This document shows positions 36,176-48,123 of a stretch of 64,000 nucleotides of DNA, one piece after another. The stretch spans positions 26,744-90,743 of the forward strand of contig CAZHWM010000028.1 of NCBI GenBank assembly GCA_964535935.1. The letters run 5' to 3'. Both the position numbers and the translations under genes were made by a program. The stretch comes from an uncultured Planctomycetales bacterium (GTDB lineage: Bacteria; Omnitrophota; Gorgyraeia; Zapsychrales; Zapsychraceae). The notes below the pieces were generated by a model. That model ran no database searches, was not told where the DNA came from, and saw only the letters and a program-made list of their open reading frames with translations. Each line of letters starts with the position of its first letter. The stretch's first letter is position 1.

Positions 36176-37899
36176 AATAACGAATTCCGCATCAATTTTA
36201 ATAATAACTGCCTGCCAACAAGACATGCATTCTGACTGGACCCGCCATGCTCAAGGAAAATCGAGAAAACAATATCTCTCTTACGACCTTCCGTATAACC
36301 AACAAACCATGCATGATCCTTTTTATGAGCCGAACACTGAACTGTACCTGTTTTACCAGCAACATATAATCCATCAATATCCATTACATGAGCCGTACCA
36401 GAGGCATACGATACAACATCCCGCAAACCTTCCTTTACTATACTAAATATGGATTTATCTATCTTGATATGTCTCCTAAAAGAATATCTATCCACTGCTT
36501 TACCTGCTATAGCCTTAATTACATGAGGCTGTAATTCATATCCATCAGTAGCTATTATGCCCATCATCCTTACTAACTGTAAAGGGGTACATAATAAATC
36601 CCCCTGGCCTATAGAAAAATTTAAGGTATCTCCTATAAACCATCTGCGACCTGAAAGCATTCGTTTGCGCCGGGAAGGGACAAACCCTTTTTCCTCATAT
36701 GGTAAATCTATATGCGTAAGGCTACCTAATCCAAATATCTTTGCATATTTTGTTATAATATCCGCTCCCAATATCATCCCTACATGATAATAATATACAT
36801 TACAGGAATGACACAAAGATTGCACTAAATCCTGCCACCCATGAATATGTGCACATCTAAATTTCCTGCCTCCTATCTCTAAAAATCCTTTACAATTAAA
36901 TCGTGTATGCTTGGTAATTTTATGATTATCAAGCGCTGCTATCGCAACTACGGGTTTAAAAACAGACCCTGGGGAAAAAACACCTTTTATTGCCCTATTT
37001 AAAAGAGGAGATAATGGATCAGAAAACAAACGTGATAATTCTTTTTCATGCTGTCCCCTATTAACAAATATATTCGCATCATAGCCCGGAGAACTAGCCA
37101 TTGCCAGTATCTCTCCGTTTTTTTTATCCATAATAACAATAGCCCCGACATAGCCATTCAGCACATCCTGAGCTATTTGCTGAATGTCACTGTCTATAGT
37201 TAATGTTATATCTTTTCCTTTCCGAGGTTCTTTTATCCCCAACAACCGCACTTGTTGCCCTTTATTATTAACCTCTATCTGCAACCCGCCGGGCTCTCCT
37301 CTAAGATAAGCGTCATAATATTCCTCTACTCCAAGATATCCAACTTCTCCTAAAGGAGTATACCCATATGACTTTAATTTTTCTATTCTATATCGATTTG
37401 GTTTACCAACATACCCTAACAAATGAGCTCCATTACTACCTAAAGGATACCTACGCATAAAACTCTCTTGAATCATAACGCTTGGATAAAGATATTTATT
37501 CTCTTCTATTACAATAGCCTGTTCTCTTGTTATGTGTTCCGCAACTACTACAGGAGCAAAAGGAGCGAACTTACCCATCCTATATCTATGCATCAACACC
37601 TTTTTATCAACCCTCAAAACTTTACTTAAAAAATTAAATAATTTTTTTACATCTTTTATATCCTGCGGTGTAACTGTTATATTATAAGATGTGACGTTAT
37701 CTGCTAATAATCTACCTTTCCTATCCATAATCCTTCCACGTACAGCCGGCAAAGGTACAATTCGTATTCTATTGTTCTTACTCAAATTGTAATAATGATG
37801 CCCTAAAATTGCCTGGACATAAACTAGGTCCGCAGCTATTAATAGAAATAATAAAATTATAATTATACGAATAATCCTGATACGCATCGCTTTAACCAC
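36172..37899 (-). CDS. mrdA: Penicillin-binding protein 2 (elongasome transpeptidase)
   Basis: PBP dimerisation domain plus transpeptidase motifs SVFK, SCN and KTGT. Sits between mreD and rodA. Confidence 0.92.
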   Translation of the reverse strand: MVKAMRIRIIRIIIILLFLLIAADLVYVQAILGHHYYNLSKNNRIRIVPLPAVRGRIMDRKGRLLADNVTSYNITVTPQDIKDVKKLFNFLSKVLRVDKKVLMHRYRMGKFAPFAPVVVAEHITREQAIVIEENKYLYPSVMIQESFMRRYPLGSNGAHLLGYVGKPNRYRIEKLKSYGYTPLGEVGYLGVEEYYDAYLRGEPGGLQIEVNNKGQQVRLLGIKEPRKGKDITLTIDSDIQQIAQDVLNGYVGAIVIMDKKNGEILAMASSPGYDANIFVNRGQHEKELSRLFSDPLSPLLNRAIKGVFSPGSVFKPVVAIAALDNHKITKHTRFNCKGFLEIGGRKFRCAHIHGWQDLVQSLCHSCNVYYYHVGMILGADIITKYAKIFGLGSLTHIDLPYEEKGFVPSRRKRMLSGRRWFIGDTLNFSIGQGDLLCTPLQLVRMMGIIATDGYELQPHVIKAIAGKAVDRYSFRRHIKIDKSIFSIVKEGLRDVVSYASGTAHVMDIDGLYVAGKTGTVQCSAHKKDHAWFVGYTEGRKRDIVFSIFLEHGGSSQNACLVGRQLLLKLMRNSLL

Positions 37900-38360
37900 T
37901 TAAAAACAAATGATGTTACTATAAGCGTGACCCCTAAACGTGGAAGGAAGATATCCTTTATAATACAAACTAATTGCTGTCCTTCTATACTATTTATAAG
38001 ATGGGAACGAAGAATAAAATGTACTAAAAAATCTACAAAACAAACTAAACTGACAAGTAATAACTGAGGTAAGAGGGAAAGAGAATGAAATATAAATCTA
38101 CGTAACAGTACTGTGATATAAAAACATACAAGAAAAGCAAAAATATATTCTCCAAAATTATCAATATCAAATGCATCCATAAAAATACCTGCACAAACCG
38201 CTGAAAAGAGTGCATAAACTCTCTCGGTAAATACAGAGAAAAAGATAACCAATAACAATAACAAATTAGGTGTAGCCCACAATCCAAAGACATTAAATAA
38301 CACAAATTCTGCAACAAAAAAAATAAAAATCAATCCCAAAATTACTAAAAATCTCTTCAT
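37863..38360 (-). CDS. mreD: Rod shape-determining protein MreD
   Basis: About 165-aa, 5-TM protein in the mreBCD position. Confidence 0.75.
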   Translation of the reverse strand: MKRFLVILGLIFIFFVAEFVLFNVFGLWATPNLLLLLVIFFSVFTERVYALFSAVCAGIFMDAFDIDNFGEYIFAFLVCFYITVLLRRFIFHSLSLLPQLLLVSLVCFVDFLVHFILRSHLINSIEGQQLVCIIKDIFLPRLGVTLIVTSFVFKWLKRCVSGLFV

Positions 38361-38551
38361 AGCTAACCTAATTACCTTTAATTTTTTATGCTATTTCACA
38401 AACACATTCAAATACTATAAAATAGTTATCTTGCTTTTTTATACATCAATCAAATTAAAATATTATTTATATATATTTAATTCTATTTTTAAAGATATAT
38501 TATATTATAATAGTTATTATATATAAAAATATTATAAAATATAAAGAACCG

Positions 38552-39334
38552 TTATTTTCGTATAATCAAAACCTCTTCAAGTTGAGAAAAAGAGACTGCT
38601 GGTTGAAGGACATATTCTATATTGGTTCCTGATGGATTTTCTATCTTTTCAACGATGGTTCCTATCAATAAACCTTCAGGAAAAGACAGGCTCAACTTTG
38701 ATGTGATAACCATATCTCCAATCCGTATCTTTGCACCCGGATATATATACTTAACCCTGCATCCCCCTTCTAATGTCCCTGATATCAATACACTCTCTCT
38801 AGACTCTTTAACAAGAGCCGCAACACTAAAACGAGGATCTGTTAACAGAATAACCTTAGCCTTATCTTTACTTACCTCCCCTATCTTTCCAACCACACCC
38901 AAGGCATTTACAACAGGCATACCTACCTTGATACCATCATCTGAGCCTTTATCAATAATTATAATAGAGTTCCATAGTGAGGGTTCTCTACCTATCACAC
39001 TTGCTGTAACTGAGGAATATACAAGCCTTCTTTTAAAATCTAATAGTTTCTGTAATCGGGTATTTTCACGAATAATCTCTTCCATGCCAATCAAACGACG
39101 CTTTAAAGATGCCACCTCCTTCCTGAGCCGCATATACTCGTCAAATGTACGATGATAATATAATATTTTTTTTATTTCAAAGAGAGGAAAAGATATTATA
39201 CGAGCCGGGAAAGAAATTAAACTTATGATTTTAAATTTTATAGATGAAAAATAGCTTGGATGAGATAATAAAAGGACGATAGAAACAAGTAATGGTATAA
39301 AATATAATAAATATCTATGCTTGATTTTAAACAC
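38552..39334 (-). CDS. mreC: Rod shape-determining protein MreC
   Basis: N-terminal TM, coiled coil (ENTRLQKLL) and MreC beta-domains (PVVNALGVVGKIGEV). Confidence 0.88.
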   Translation of the reverse strand: MFKIKHRYLLYFIPLLVSIVLLLSHPSYFSSIKFKIISLISFPARIISFPLFEIKKILYYHRTFDEYMRLRKEVASLKRRLIGMEEIIRENTRLQKLLDFKRRLVYSSVTASVIGREPSLWNSIIIIDKGSDDGIKVGMPVVNALGVVGKIGEVSKDKAKVILLTDPRFSVAALVKESRESVLISGTLEGGCRVKYIYPGAKIRIGDMVITSKLSLSFPEGLLIGTIVEKIENPSGTNIEYVLQPAVSFSQLEEVLIIRK

Positions 39335-39412
39335 TATCGTTGTCTATTTTTAGCTTATAAAGTAAGTATCTATTTTTATTATTAGTAACAAAAGTTGAGT
39401 TATCTAAAAAAC

Positions 39413-40486
39413 TTAAAAATCTAATTTTGCGGGAACAATAATTCTCCTCCTTAAGCGAGGTGGCATATGAAGCATCTGCCCCGTACCCAAGACCACAGCA
39501 GTGAGTGGGTCGTCTGCAATATGTACTGGCAAACCTGTCTCCTCTGCTATACGTTTGTCCAGACCACGAAGAAGTGAACCACCACCTGCCATAACGATAC
39601 CTCTATCAATAAGATCTGCTGCTAGTTCCGGTGGTGTATGTTCTAACGTAGATTTAGATGCATCCACTATAGCTTGCACAGGGTCATGTAAGGCTTCTCT
39701 AACTTCTACTGATGTAATAGAAATAGTCTTAGGTAACCCTGATATAAGGTCACGTCCACGTACGTCCATACTCAATTCTTCTTCAAGCGGATATGCAGAA
39801 CCAATTCTTATCTTTATCTCTTCTGCTGTTCTTTCTCCTATCATTAGATTATATGTCTTACGTAGATATTCTATAATAGCAGCATCCATCTCATCACCTG
39901 CTATACGAATAGACTTAGCATATACTAACCCACCAAGAGAAATAACAGCAAATTCTGTGGTTCCACCACCCACGTCAATTATCATATTCCCTGCAGCCTC
40001 TGCAACAGGCAACCCTACACCTATGGCAGCTGCCTTAGGTTCTTCTATAAGATCTACTGATCTTGCACCGGCTCTTTCTGCTGAATCACGAACCGCTCGT
40101 TTTTCTACTGCAGTAATTCCTGAAGGAATAGCAATTACCATTGCCGGACTTATGGCAAACCTCCTGCGCTGTGCCTTCTTTTTAAAATAAGTCAGCATGG
40201 CCTCTGTTATTTCGAAATCAGAAATAACTCCATCCTTTAATGGTCTTATAGCAACAATATTCCCCGGTGTCCTTCCTAACATCTTTTTTGCCTCTTCTCC
40301 AACTGCCATAACGCGGTTAGTATCCTTCTCAATAGCCACAACTGAAGGCTCACATAAAACCACTCCTTCACCTTTAACAAAAACCAATGTGGTTGCAGTA
40401 CCTAAATCAATACCTATATCATTAGAAAATAATCCTAAAATATAATTAAAAAATTTTTTTACTATCTTTATAATCTTTTGTAACAT
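39413..40486 (-). CDS. mreB: Rod shape-determining actin homolog MreB
   Basis: [22 protein letters not shown] and [12 protein letters not shown] motifs. Confidence 0.96.
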   Translation of the reverse strand: MLQKIIKIVKKFFNYILGLFSNDIGIDLGTATTLVFVKGEGVVLCEPSVVAIEKDTNRVMAVGEEAKKMLGRTPGNIVAIRPLKDGVISDFEITEAMLTYFKKKAQRRRFAISPAMVIAIPSGITAVEKRAVRDSAERAGARSVDLIEEPKAAAIGVGLPVAEAAGNMIIDVGGGTTEFAVISLGGLVYAKSIRIAGDEMDAAIIEYLRKTYNLMIGERTAEEIKIRIGSAYPLEEELSMDVRGRDLISGLPKTISITSVEVREALHDPVQAIVDASKSTLEHTPPELAADLIDRGIVMAGGGSLLRGLDKRIAEETGLPVHIADDPLTAVVLGTGQMLHMPPRLRRRIIVPAKLDF

Positions 40487-40732
40487 GACCCCTCCCTTTA
40501 GGATAAGGCTCTGATAAAAAAATATAAACTAAATTTATAATACAACTGGGGATATGATATATTAAAAGAAAAATACTGTCAAACCATTTTTACTAAACTA
40601 AACTCCACAAAAAATTTTAGAAATATTATAAAAGGTTATCATTTATAAAATTTTTCTTTTTAACTAATACATTTTTATTATAATAATATTTAATTTTAAT
40701 TATAATCTTTTAAAAAATTTTAGGAGGCTATC

Positions 40733-41680
40733 ATGAAAAATCCTTCATGGGTTATTGCTCTAGTTGTTTATCTTACAACTATATTCTTTCCTTTATCTAA
40801 CTCTACAGCAAGTGAACAAATAAAATCACACTCACAAAAAATTTCCGTTGTTGTTTCCATATTACCATTAGCTAATTTTGTAAAAAATATTGGGAGAGAC
40901 AAAGTAGAGGTTTCTGTGATGATTCCCCCAGGAGCCAGTCCTCATACCTATGAACCAACTCCAAGCCAATTAAAAAAAATTAGCAAGGCCCAATTATATA
41001 TAAAGGTGGGATCTGGTATCGAATTTGAACGTATATGGATGAACAAACTCATTGCGATAAACCCAAATATGGTAGTATGTGATAGCTCTGCAGGTATCCC
41101 ATTAAGAAAAATGTCTTGTAGAATACATAAACATATCAAAAAAGCAAATAAAAAGGAAACCGGCTCAAAAAGCAAACAATACTCACATAACAAACATAAT
41201 GACCCCCATATATGGCTATCACCTGTAAATGCAGAGATAATGGCACAAAATATCAAGAACGCATTGATAAAAATTGACCCTAAGAATAAAGACTTTTATT
41301 CAAAAAATGCTCAAAAATTTATATCAAAATTAAAGAATCTTGACAAACAATTAAAACAAATTTTATCTAAAATGAAAAATAAATCTTTTATAGTAATTCA
41401 TCCTGCATGGGGTTATTTTGCAGATCATTACGGTCTAAAACAAATACCTGTAAAAATCGAAGGGAAACAACCATCTGCAAAAGAAGTAATAAACATAATA
41501 CAAACAGCAAAAAAACAAAAGATTAAAGCAGTATTCGCATCTCCACAATTCAGTCCCAAAACTGCAAAGACCATAGCGGAAAATATTAAAGGAAAGGTTA
41601 TTATAATAAACCCCTTAGGAGAAAATTATATAGATAATCTATATCAAACAGCCAACGTATTGGCCTCAACTGAAAAATGA
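40733..41680 (+). CDS. znuA: Zinc ABC transporter substrate-binding protein (ZnuA/TroA cluster 9) with His-rich loop
   Basis: Signal peptide. Metal ligands (SPHTYEP, DPHIWLSP). Inserted loop HKHIKKANKKETGSKSKQYSHNKHNDPH. Confidence 0.88.
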   Translation: MKNPSWVIALVVYLTTIFFPLSNSTASEQIKSHSQKISVVVSILPLANFVKNIGRDKVEVSVMIPPGASPHTYEPTPSQLKKISKAQLYIKVGSGIEFERIWMNKLIAINPNMVVCDSSAGIPLRKMSCRIHKHIKKANKKETGSKSKQYSHNKHNDPHIWLSPVNAEIMAQNIKNALIKIDPKNKDFYSKNAQKFISKLKNLDKQLKQILSKMKNKSFIVIHPAWGYFADHYGLKQIPVKIEGKQPSAKEVINIIQTAKKQKIKAVFASPQFSPKTAKTIAENIKGKVIIINPLGENYIDNLYQTANVLASTEK

Positions 41681-42438
41681 ATAACAATAAAGAAGAAATA
41701 GTAAAACTAAACCACATCTGGGCAGGTTACCAAGGAATACCTGCTCTGGAAGATGTTACTTTATCTATCAAAAAAAATGATTTTCTTGGAATAATAGGGC
41801 CTAACGGTGGGGGAAAAACTACATTACTAAAGATTATCCTAGGGATTATACGCCCATTAAAAGGAGAGGTAACGATTTTTGGAAAACCTCCCCAAAAAAT
41901 ACGCAAACAAATTGGATATGTCCCTCAAACACGCCATTTCCCTCGAAATTTTCCTGCTAATGTGTTAGAGGTGACATTAATGGGAAGATTATGCTATAGT
42001 CGGCTCTTCACTAATTATAGTAAAACAGATATACAAATAGCTGAAGAAAAATTACAATTGGTAGGACTTAAAGAAATCAGCTACCGCCCTATAGGCGAAC
42101 TGTCTGAAGGACAAAAACAAAGAGTATTTATAGCTCGAGCTCTTGCTTCTGAACCAAAATTATTGTTGCTTGATGAACCCACTGCTAGTTTGGATACATG
42201 TATTCAACAAGATATTTATGAAATACTAAAAAATTTAAAAAAAAATATGGCTATTGTTCTGGTATCCCATGATATAGGTGTAATATCTTCTCATGTGGAT
42301 AAAATAGCATGTCTTAATAAAAAATTATTTTATCATCATAAAAAGGAAATAAATACGAAAGATTTAGAAGCCGCATATAAATGTCCTGTAGATATAATAG
42401 CTCATGGTGTCCCTCATAGGGTAATGAAGCAACATTAA
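41677..42438 (+). CDS. znuC: Zinc/manganese ABC transporter ATP-binding protein
   Basis: Walker A GPNGGGKTT, signature LSEGQKQR, Walker B LLLLDEPTASLD. Confidence 0.9.
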   Translation: MNNNKEEIVKLNHIWAGYQGIPALEDVTLSIKKNDFLGIIGPNGGGKTTLLKIILGIIRPLKGEVTIFGKPPQKIRKQIGYVPQTRHFPRNFPANVLEVTLMGRLCYSRLFTNYSKTDIQIAEEKLQLVGLKEISYRPIGELSEGQKQRVFIARALASEPKLLLLDEPTASLDTCIQQDIYEILKNLKKNMAIVLVSHDIGVISSHVDKIACLNKKLFYHHKKEINTKDLEAAYKCPVDIIAHGVPHRVMKQH

Positions 42439-42488
42439 ATTTATATTTATAATATATAAGTAGATATACAAAAAATTTTTTATAAATC

Positions 42489-43301
42489 ATGATAGAATTA
42501 TTTCAATACGAATTTATGCGAAATGCTATCATGGCAGCCCTCTTAACCAGCATAGCCTGCGGTATTGTTGGTACATACGTGGTTGTCCGTAGAATAGCCT
42601 TTATCAGTGGGGGTATTGCTCATGCAGCATTTGGCGGTATCGGTATAGGATATTGGTTAGGAATAAATCCTATTATAACATTATTGCCGTTTAGTATCTT
42701 ATCGGCAATAGGGATAGCAGTAATCAACCAAAAAAAACATATCCAGGAAGACATTCTCATAGGAATTTTCTGGTCTATGGGCATGGCATTAGGAATAATA
42801 TTAGTAAGCCTCACCCCAGGATATGCACCTGATCTATTTAGCTATCTATTTGGAAACATTCTCACTGTCCCGTTTTCAGACATAATCCTAATGTGTATAT
42901 TAGACATAATAATTATAACCACCGTTTATTTATTATATAAAGAATTTATGGCAATAGCATTCGATGAGGAGTTTGCAGAAATTTCTGGAATAAAAACAAA
43001 CATCTTGCACATAATATTACTTTCCCTTATAGCAATAACTGTTGTCATGTTAGTAAAAGTGGTTGGAATCATCCTTGTTATAGCACTGCTAACAATCCCG
43101 CCTGCAATAGCCCAACAATATACACGAAATATGAAGACAATGATGTATTTATCCTCTGGTATTGGAATGTTCTCTACTCTAACCGGATTGTGGTTATCAT
43201 ATATGTTTGACTTACCATCAGGGGCCACAATTATCCTCTTCTCTGGATGTTGTTTTGGGGTATCCTGTCTTGCACGTAAGCTTACTCCGGCAAAAATTTA
43301 A
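42489..43301 (+). CDS. znuB: Zinc/manganese ABC transporter permease
   Basis: ABC-3 family topology. Follows znuA and znuC. Confidence 0.88.
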   Translation: MIELFQYEFMRNAIMAALLTSIACGIVGTYVVVRRIAFISGGIAHAAFGGIGIGYWLGINPIITLLPFSILSAIGIAVINQKKHIQEDILIGIFWSMGMALGIILVSLTPGYAPDLFSYLFGNILTVPFSDIILMCILDIIIITTVYLLYKEFMAIAFDEEFAEISGIKTNILHIILLSLIAITVVMLVKVVGIILVIALLTIPPAIAQQYTRNMKTMMYLSSGIGMFSTLTGLWLSYMFDLPSGATIILFSGCCFGVSCLARKLTPAKI

Positions 43302-44629
43302 TAAGAAAGATATTTTAATATAACCTCAGCAACATGCTCTGCAATTAATCTATTCCCCTTTGGAGTACAATGACCAAAATCCCCTGCAAATCTGTCCGTA
43401 AAATACTCATCATATGTGCCTGTAGACAATGCCTTTTCAAAGATACCCTTATTATCGATAAAAATAATTTGATTAAAATTATCAACTGACCGCAACATTG
43501 CCTTTAAAGTATCTATACTCCTTAATGGATACTGCATATATATAGGTTTTATATGTCGCTTTCTCAGCATATCATTAAGCTTTAAATAATTTTTTTGTGT
43601 AATAGAATTGATATGACCTTTCCTTAATTCATCTGCCTTTTTCATATATGCAACAGCTTTACCATTCTCTCCGGCCCGTTTTAAACAATCTGACATTAAA
43701 TCATATAACTCTGGATTGTCCGGCGCTTCTTTAATATTATTGTTTATAACCGACACAATCATAGGAGCCCTTTTTCTATCATTACATAAATCTAATACAG
43801 AACAACTGGCCCATGCATTATACGGGACATGTGCTAATATTGATATCAACTCGTCTGTCTTCCCCTGCTCATATAGACACTTTGCTAATTTTTTATAAAA
43901 ATGTGTCTCAAGAGTAGGAATTATTTTAGAAAATATAAAAAATTTCCATACCTTTTCTGCCTCTGCATACCTGTTAGCGGCATCAAGAAACAATCCCTGA
44001 AAATACAGTTTACGATATTTTAAAGGATATTTGTTAAACTCGGCTACTATAAACTTCTCACCTGTAGAAACATTTTCATTTTTATTCCTATGACCGATTA
44101 CTGTTTTACTCTTATACATAGCAGACATATTTACTCGCAATCCCAATATTATTCTCTTAAATAATTTATATACCCTAAAATCCCTTAAATATGCCAATAT
44201 TTTATGCCAACCTCTTATTTTCTCTATAGGAATATACACCTTACCATCATTTATCCCCATCATAACTATAGCCATATTAGGCTTTGTTTCATCCAAAATA
44301 GCAGGCAAATGCGAAATAATAACAGGAGTAGTAGTACCAGAGACCCCCTTATTAATCACCTGAAATTTTATTCCCTTACTTCTTGCATTCAATATCCTTT
44401 CAAGCTGTCGAGGATAAGAATTTTCTCCTCCTGACATCGTAGTAGACTCACCGATACAGACGATTTTATATACACCTTGTTCTTTAGCAAGTCTATGATT
44501 ACGATATTCCTGCATAGAAAGAAGAACCGCACCAGCTATCCGAAGACCTACTTCCAATAAAATAAGGGAAAGTAGTATCCCGAAGATAACTAATAAAAGC
44601 TTTTGTAAGAACGAGGTCTTCTGGGTCAT
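43298..44629 (-). CDS. Membrane-anchored SGNH/GDSL-family hydrolase with an inserted helical (TPR-like) region
   Basis: N-terminal TM. Block I CIGESTT, block III MMGINDG, block [10 protein letters not shown]. Confidence 0.7.
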   Translation of the reverse strand: MTQKTSFLQKLLLVIFGILLSLILLEVGLRIAGAVLLSMQEYRNHRLAKEQGVYKIVCIGESTTMSGGENSYPRQLERILNARSKGIKFQVINKGVSGTTTPVIISHLPAILDETKPNMAIVMMGINDGKVYIPIEKIRGWHKILAYLRDFRVYKLFKRIILGLRVNMSAMYKSKTVIGHRNKNENVSTGEKFIVAEFNKYPLKYRKLYFQGLFLDAANRYAEAEKVWKFFIFSKIIPTLETHFYKKLAKCLYEQGKTDELISILAHVPYNAWASCSVLDLCNDRKRAPMIVSVINNNIKEAPDNPELYDLMSDCLKRAGENGKAVAYMKKADELRKGHINSITQKNYLKLNDMLRKRHIKPIYMQYPLRSIDTLKAMLRSVDNFNQIIFIDNKGIFEKALSTGTYDEYFTDRFAGDFGHCTPKGNRLIAEHVAEVILKYLSY

Positions 44630-45234
44630 CTTATTTTCAATAATGTTAGATAAATATCCTTTGCGTTTTTATAGACATCAAAAAAAAAGGTAGAAAAACT
44701 TAACTTACCAGCAAACAGATCCAAACATAAAACAGCAAGGCACACATTAACAATAATAACAATTGACATAGACAGATAATAGGAAGGTTTTATTGCAGAA
44801 TCTTCCCTACCCATAATATCCTGGGCAGTTAATATAATGTGCATAGTAAAAAAGAATCCTGAAAAAAACACAAATACCTGTTCATATCCTGTTAAATTAA
44901 AAAACCGAGTAGCGATACAATACCCTCCCATCAAGACCAATACATAAAATGGCAATATATCCGTTATAAATTGGTCAAAGACAACTGCTAACTTTGCTAC
45001 GCCATTGACTAATTTTTGTCCAAATTCGTAAACCCCCCACATCTGATAAAAAAATAAAAATATCAAAAAAAATGTGCCTACACCTGCTAAAAAATTATGT
45101 TTAAAATTTATCGGATAATACTCTAAATGATCGTAAAAATTTATCGTAGAGGCAAAAATTACCGGAATAAGTAAAATAGCAAGTGTGAATTTTAACACCG
45201 CAATAGGAAAATCGCCCATAGATTTATACCTCAC
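44626..45234 (-). CDS. Polytopic membrane protein, unknown function
   Basis: About 5 TM helices. 4-nt overlaps with serS upstream and the SGNH hydrolase downstream. Confidence 0.55.
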   Translation of the reverse strand: MRYKSMGDFPIAVLKFTLAILLIPVIFASTINFYDHLEYYPINFKHNFLAGVGTFFLIFLFFYQMWGVYEFGQKLVNGVAKLAVVFDQFITDILPFYVLVLMGGYCIATRFFNLTGYEQVFVFFSGFFFTMHIILTAQDIMGREDSAIKPSYYLSMSIVIIVNVCLAVLCLDLFAGKLSFSTFFFDVYKNAKDIYLTLLKIR

Positions 45235-46514
45235 CTATGTTTTTTAGGTAATATTTGCTCCATCCCTCCCATATACGGTCTTAAAACCTCAGGAATAATA
45301 CATCCTCCATCCTCAGTCTGATAATTCTCCAATATCGCAACGACACATCTAGCAAGTGCCACACCTGAACCATTAAGCGTATGAACAAAACATGTTCTTT
45401 TCGTATCTTTAGTCTTAAATCTTATATTCGCACGCCTTGCCTGAAAATCCTCAAAATTCGAACAACTTGAAACCTCCAGCCACTTATCTATACCTGGAGC
45501 ATAAACCTCTATGTCATAACACTTTGCAGCAGCAAAACTAAGATCACCTGTGGCCAACTCTATCACCCTATACGGCAATCCCAAAAGTCTTAAAATCTCC
45601 TCAGCGTTAGCAAGTAGAGATTCCAATTCATCATAAGAATCTTCTGGCCTAACAAACTTAACCAATTCAACCTTATCAAACTGATGGACCCTCATCAATC
45701 CCTTAGTATCCTTACCATATGAACCTGCTTCTCTACGAAAACAAGCAGTATAGGCGGTATAATAAATTGGAAGATCTTCCTCTTTCAATATCTCATCTCG
45801 ATGTATATTAGTTACAGGAACTTCTGCTGTAGGGATAAGAAAAAAAGGATCATCTTTTAACTGATACATATCCTCTTTCATCTTGGGCAATTGACCTGTT
45901 CCTATCATAGATATCTCATTTACCAAAAAAGGAGGAAACACCTCCATATATCCATGCTTTTGAGTATGTATATCTAGCATAAAATTATATAATGCTCGCT
46001 CTAAAAGTGCCCCTTCTCTCTTAAATAAAACAAAATGTGCACCTGTTAATTTTGCTGCACGCCTAAAATCTATAATATCCAAAGACTCTGCTAATTCTGT
46101 ATGTGACCTCGGGGGAAAAGAGAACCTTGGAAGCTCTCTCCATGCTCTTATCTCTCTATTACTTTCAGGCCCCCCTACAGGTACAGACTCATGGGGAAGA
46201 TTTGGGATAGACAATAAAAGCTGAGCTATCTCTGCATACAATGCCTTTGCCTGAGGTTCAAGAGAACGTATCTGCTCAGCTATTTGTTTCATCGCGGCTA
46301 TTTTTTCAGAAGGATCACCTTTATCCTGCAATACCTTAGATATCTCATCATTAGCCTTATTTTTTTGACTACGCAGATTATCTAATTGGGTAACCAATAA
46401 CCTATATTCTTTATCCTTTTTTAATATAAAATCTAAATCAGGCCGACTATTCTTAGCAGCTAGCCCACGGCGAACACAATCTATATTATTACGTAATAAA
46501 TTTATATCAAACAT
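45231..46514 (-). CDS. serS: Seryl-tRNA synthetase
   Basis: [10 protein letters not shown] start chosen at the ATG at 46514. Class II motifs ([25 protein letters not shown]). Confidence 0.95.
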   Translation of the reverse strand: MFDINLLRNNIDCVRRGLAAKNSRPDLDFILKKDKEYRLLVTQLDNLRSQKNKANDEISKVLQDKGDPSEKIAAMKQIAEQIRSLEPQAKALYAEIAQLLLSIPNLPHESVPVGGPESNREIRAWRELPRFSFPPRSHTELAESLDIIDFRRAAKLTGAHFVLFKREGALLERALYNFMLDIHTQKHGYMEVFPPFLVNEISMIGTGQLPKMKEDMYQLKDDPFFLIPTAEVPVTNIHRDEILKEEDLPIYYTAYTACFRREAGSYGKDTKGLMRVHQFDKVELVKFVRPEDSYDELESLLANAEEILRLLGLPYRVIELATGDLSFAAAKCYDIEVYAPGIDKWLEVSSCSNFEDFQARRANIRFKTKDTKRTCFVHTLNGSGVALARCVVAILENYQTEDGGCIIPEVLRPYMGGMEQILPKKHR

Positions 46515-46578
46515 ACCAAACTCTCTTTTCAATCTTCTCTTTCTGAAACAACTAAAAGTTAAATTATTCCAAAAGAGT

Positions 46579-48087
46579 TCATTGAAATATACTTCTACCT
46601 GTTTCAACTGTAAGTTTACCTAATCTATTGATTATGTCATCTCTAACATGTTCTTCTTCCAACTGCCACTGCCAATTGTCTTTAGTCGTACCGGGCGTAT
46701 TCATCCTATATTCCGCTCCAAGCCCAAGAAGATCCTGCACAGGAATAACAGCTAGGTTAGCAGGTGAACGCATAGCAAGTTCTATTAACTTCCACGGGAC
46801 CTCATCAACACTACATCTTGTCCCGATATAACTAAAAAAATTCTCCTTTTCTTGTTGAGTTGCCTCATTTAAAAACCATCCTTTGGCAGTATTATTATCA
46901 TGAGTACCTGTATATACCACACAGTCAGGCGTATAATTATGAGGCAGATATGGATGTGTCTGCATATCTCCATTAAATGCAAACAAAAGTACTTTCATCC
47001 CAGGAAAGCCATAACGTTTCATGGCCTCTTCAACATCCTTAGTAATAATTCCTAAATCCTCTGCAATAATAGGTTTATCCGGGAACTCCGAACATAAACA
47101 GGTAAAGAAATCATCATAAGGGACACCAACCCATTGACCATTTACCGCTGTATCCTCTTGTGCTGGTATCTGCCAGAAAGCTATCAATCCCCTAAAATGA
47201 TCTATCCTTAAAATATCAAAAAACTTCAAATTATGTCTTATCCTATCCAGCCACCAACTATACCTCTGCTCCTTTAGCCTATCCCAATTATATACTGGGT
47301 TACCCCATCTCTGACCAGTTTCACTAAAATAGTCAGGCGGAACACCTGCTACAAAAATAGGGTCTTCATTTTCATCCAATTTAAAAATATCAGGATGTGT
47401 CCAAACATCAACACTGTCAAAACTTACATAAATAGGCATATCTCCTATAAGACGGACACCTTTATTTTGACAGTATTTCTTTAATGAAAACCATTGTTTA
47501 AAAAATGAATATTGAAGGAATTTAACTTTCTCTATATCTGAAACATATTTCTTTATATATTTATCAATAGCCTGTTTCTGCCTATATTTTATATCATCAG
47601 GCCATTCGTTCCATGCTTTATTGGAAAAACATGATTTCAAAATAACAAACAAAGAGAAATCATCCAGCCACCCTTTATTATCCTTACAAAACCGTAAATA
47701 ATCGACTGGTTTTATGAAATTACGCCGAAAACGTTGATAAGCAATATCAAAAATTTCCTGTTTCCAGTTAATAACAACAGGATAATCTACTTTCCCTTTA
47801 GGGAAACTTGGTTTAGAAGACAGATCTTCTTTCTTAAGCCATCCTTCATCCACCAATATTTCAGGGCTTATTAGGAGATTGTTGGTAGCAAAGGCAGATA
47901 TACTACTATATGGAGAATTCCCAAACATAAGATCCGTAGGATTAAGTGGCAATACCTGCCAAAAAGATTGTTTTGCTGCATTAAGAAAATCTACAAATCT
48001 ATATGCGCTTGGACCAAGATCTCCTATACCGAACTCCGATGGCAACGACGATATATGCAAAAGAACCCCACTTCTTCTTTCAAACAT
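46579..48087 (-). CDS. malQ: 4-alpha-glucanotransferase (amylomaltase, GH77)
   Basis: [14 protein letters not shown]-terminus. [15 protein letters not shown] and YTGTHDN motifs. Confidence 0.93.
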   Translation of the reverse strand: MFERRSGVLLHISSLPSEFGIGDLGPSAYRFVDFLNAAKQSFWQVLPLNPTDLMFGNSPYSSISAFATNNLLISPEILVDEGWLKKEDLSSKPSFPKGKVDYPVVINWKQEIFDIAYQRFRRNFIKPVDYLRFCKDNKGWLDDFSLFVILKSCFSNKAWNEWPDDIKYRQKQAIDKYIKKYVSDIEKVKFLQYSFFKQWFSLKKYCQNKGVRLIGDMPIYVSFDSVDVWTHPDIFKLDENEDPIFVAGVPPDYFSETGQRWGNPVYNWDRLKEQRYSWWLDRIRHNLKFFDILRIDHFRGLIAFWQIPAQEDTAVNGQWVGVPYDDFFTCLCSEFPDKPIIAEDLGIITKDVEEAMKRYGFPGMKVLLFAFNGDMQTHPYLPHNYTPDCVVYTGTHDNNTAKGWFLNEATQQEKENFFSYIGTRCSVDEVPWKLIELAMRSPANLAVIPVQDLLGLGAEYRMNTPGTTKDNWQWQLEEEHVRDDIINRLGKLTVETGRSIFQ

Positions 48088-48123
48088 AACAAATTCCTTT
48101 TCTAAAATAAATAATAAACAAAA

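Noticed and set aside
38361-38551. The AT-rich mreC-mreD spacer as a CRISPR leader/array or small RNA gene
   Set aside because: It has no repeat-spacer periodicity, no stable secondary structure and no cas genes. It is kept only as a low-interest observation.
38622-39155. 177-aa plus-strand ORF antisense to mreC. Similar cases are at 55102-55665 (antisense to mtnA), 63026-63550 (antisense to ispD), 61708-62112 (antisense to cysE), 13724-14107 (mostly antisense to mlaD) and 2395-2790 (antisense to the TlpA-like gene).
   Set aside because: Each is fully or mostly covered by a well-supported minus-strand gene and has no recognisable domain or start context.
39501-40445. Plus-strand ORFs of 229 aa and 82 aa antisense to mreB
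   Set aside because: mreB is unambiguous on the minus strand. The antisense frames are Ser/Pro/Ala/Ile-rich with no motifs, the usual open antisense frame of a relatively GC-richer, highly conserved gene.
40487-40732. Possible Zur box upstream of znuA (for example ttataaaaggttatcatttataa with 7-bp arms)
   Set aside because: The region is nearly pure A/T, where short inverted repeats arise by chance. Nothing matches known Zur consensus sequences convincingly, and there is no second copy to compare.
46515-46607. 31-codon N-terminal extension of serS overlapping the malQ 3' end
   Set aside because: SerS families begin with MxDxxxxR (here [10 protein letters not shown]) at the ATG at 46514. The extension has no homology-like features.
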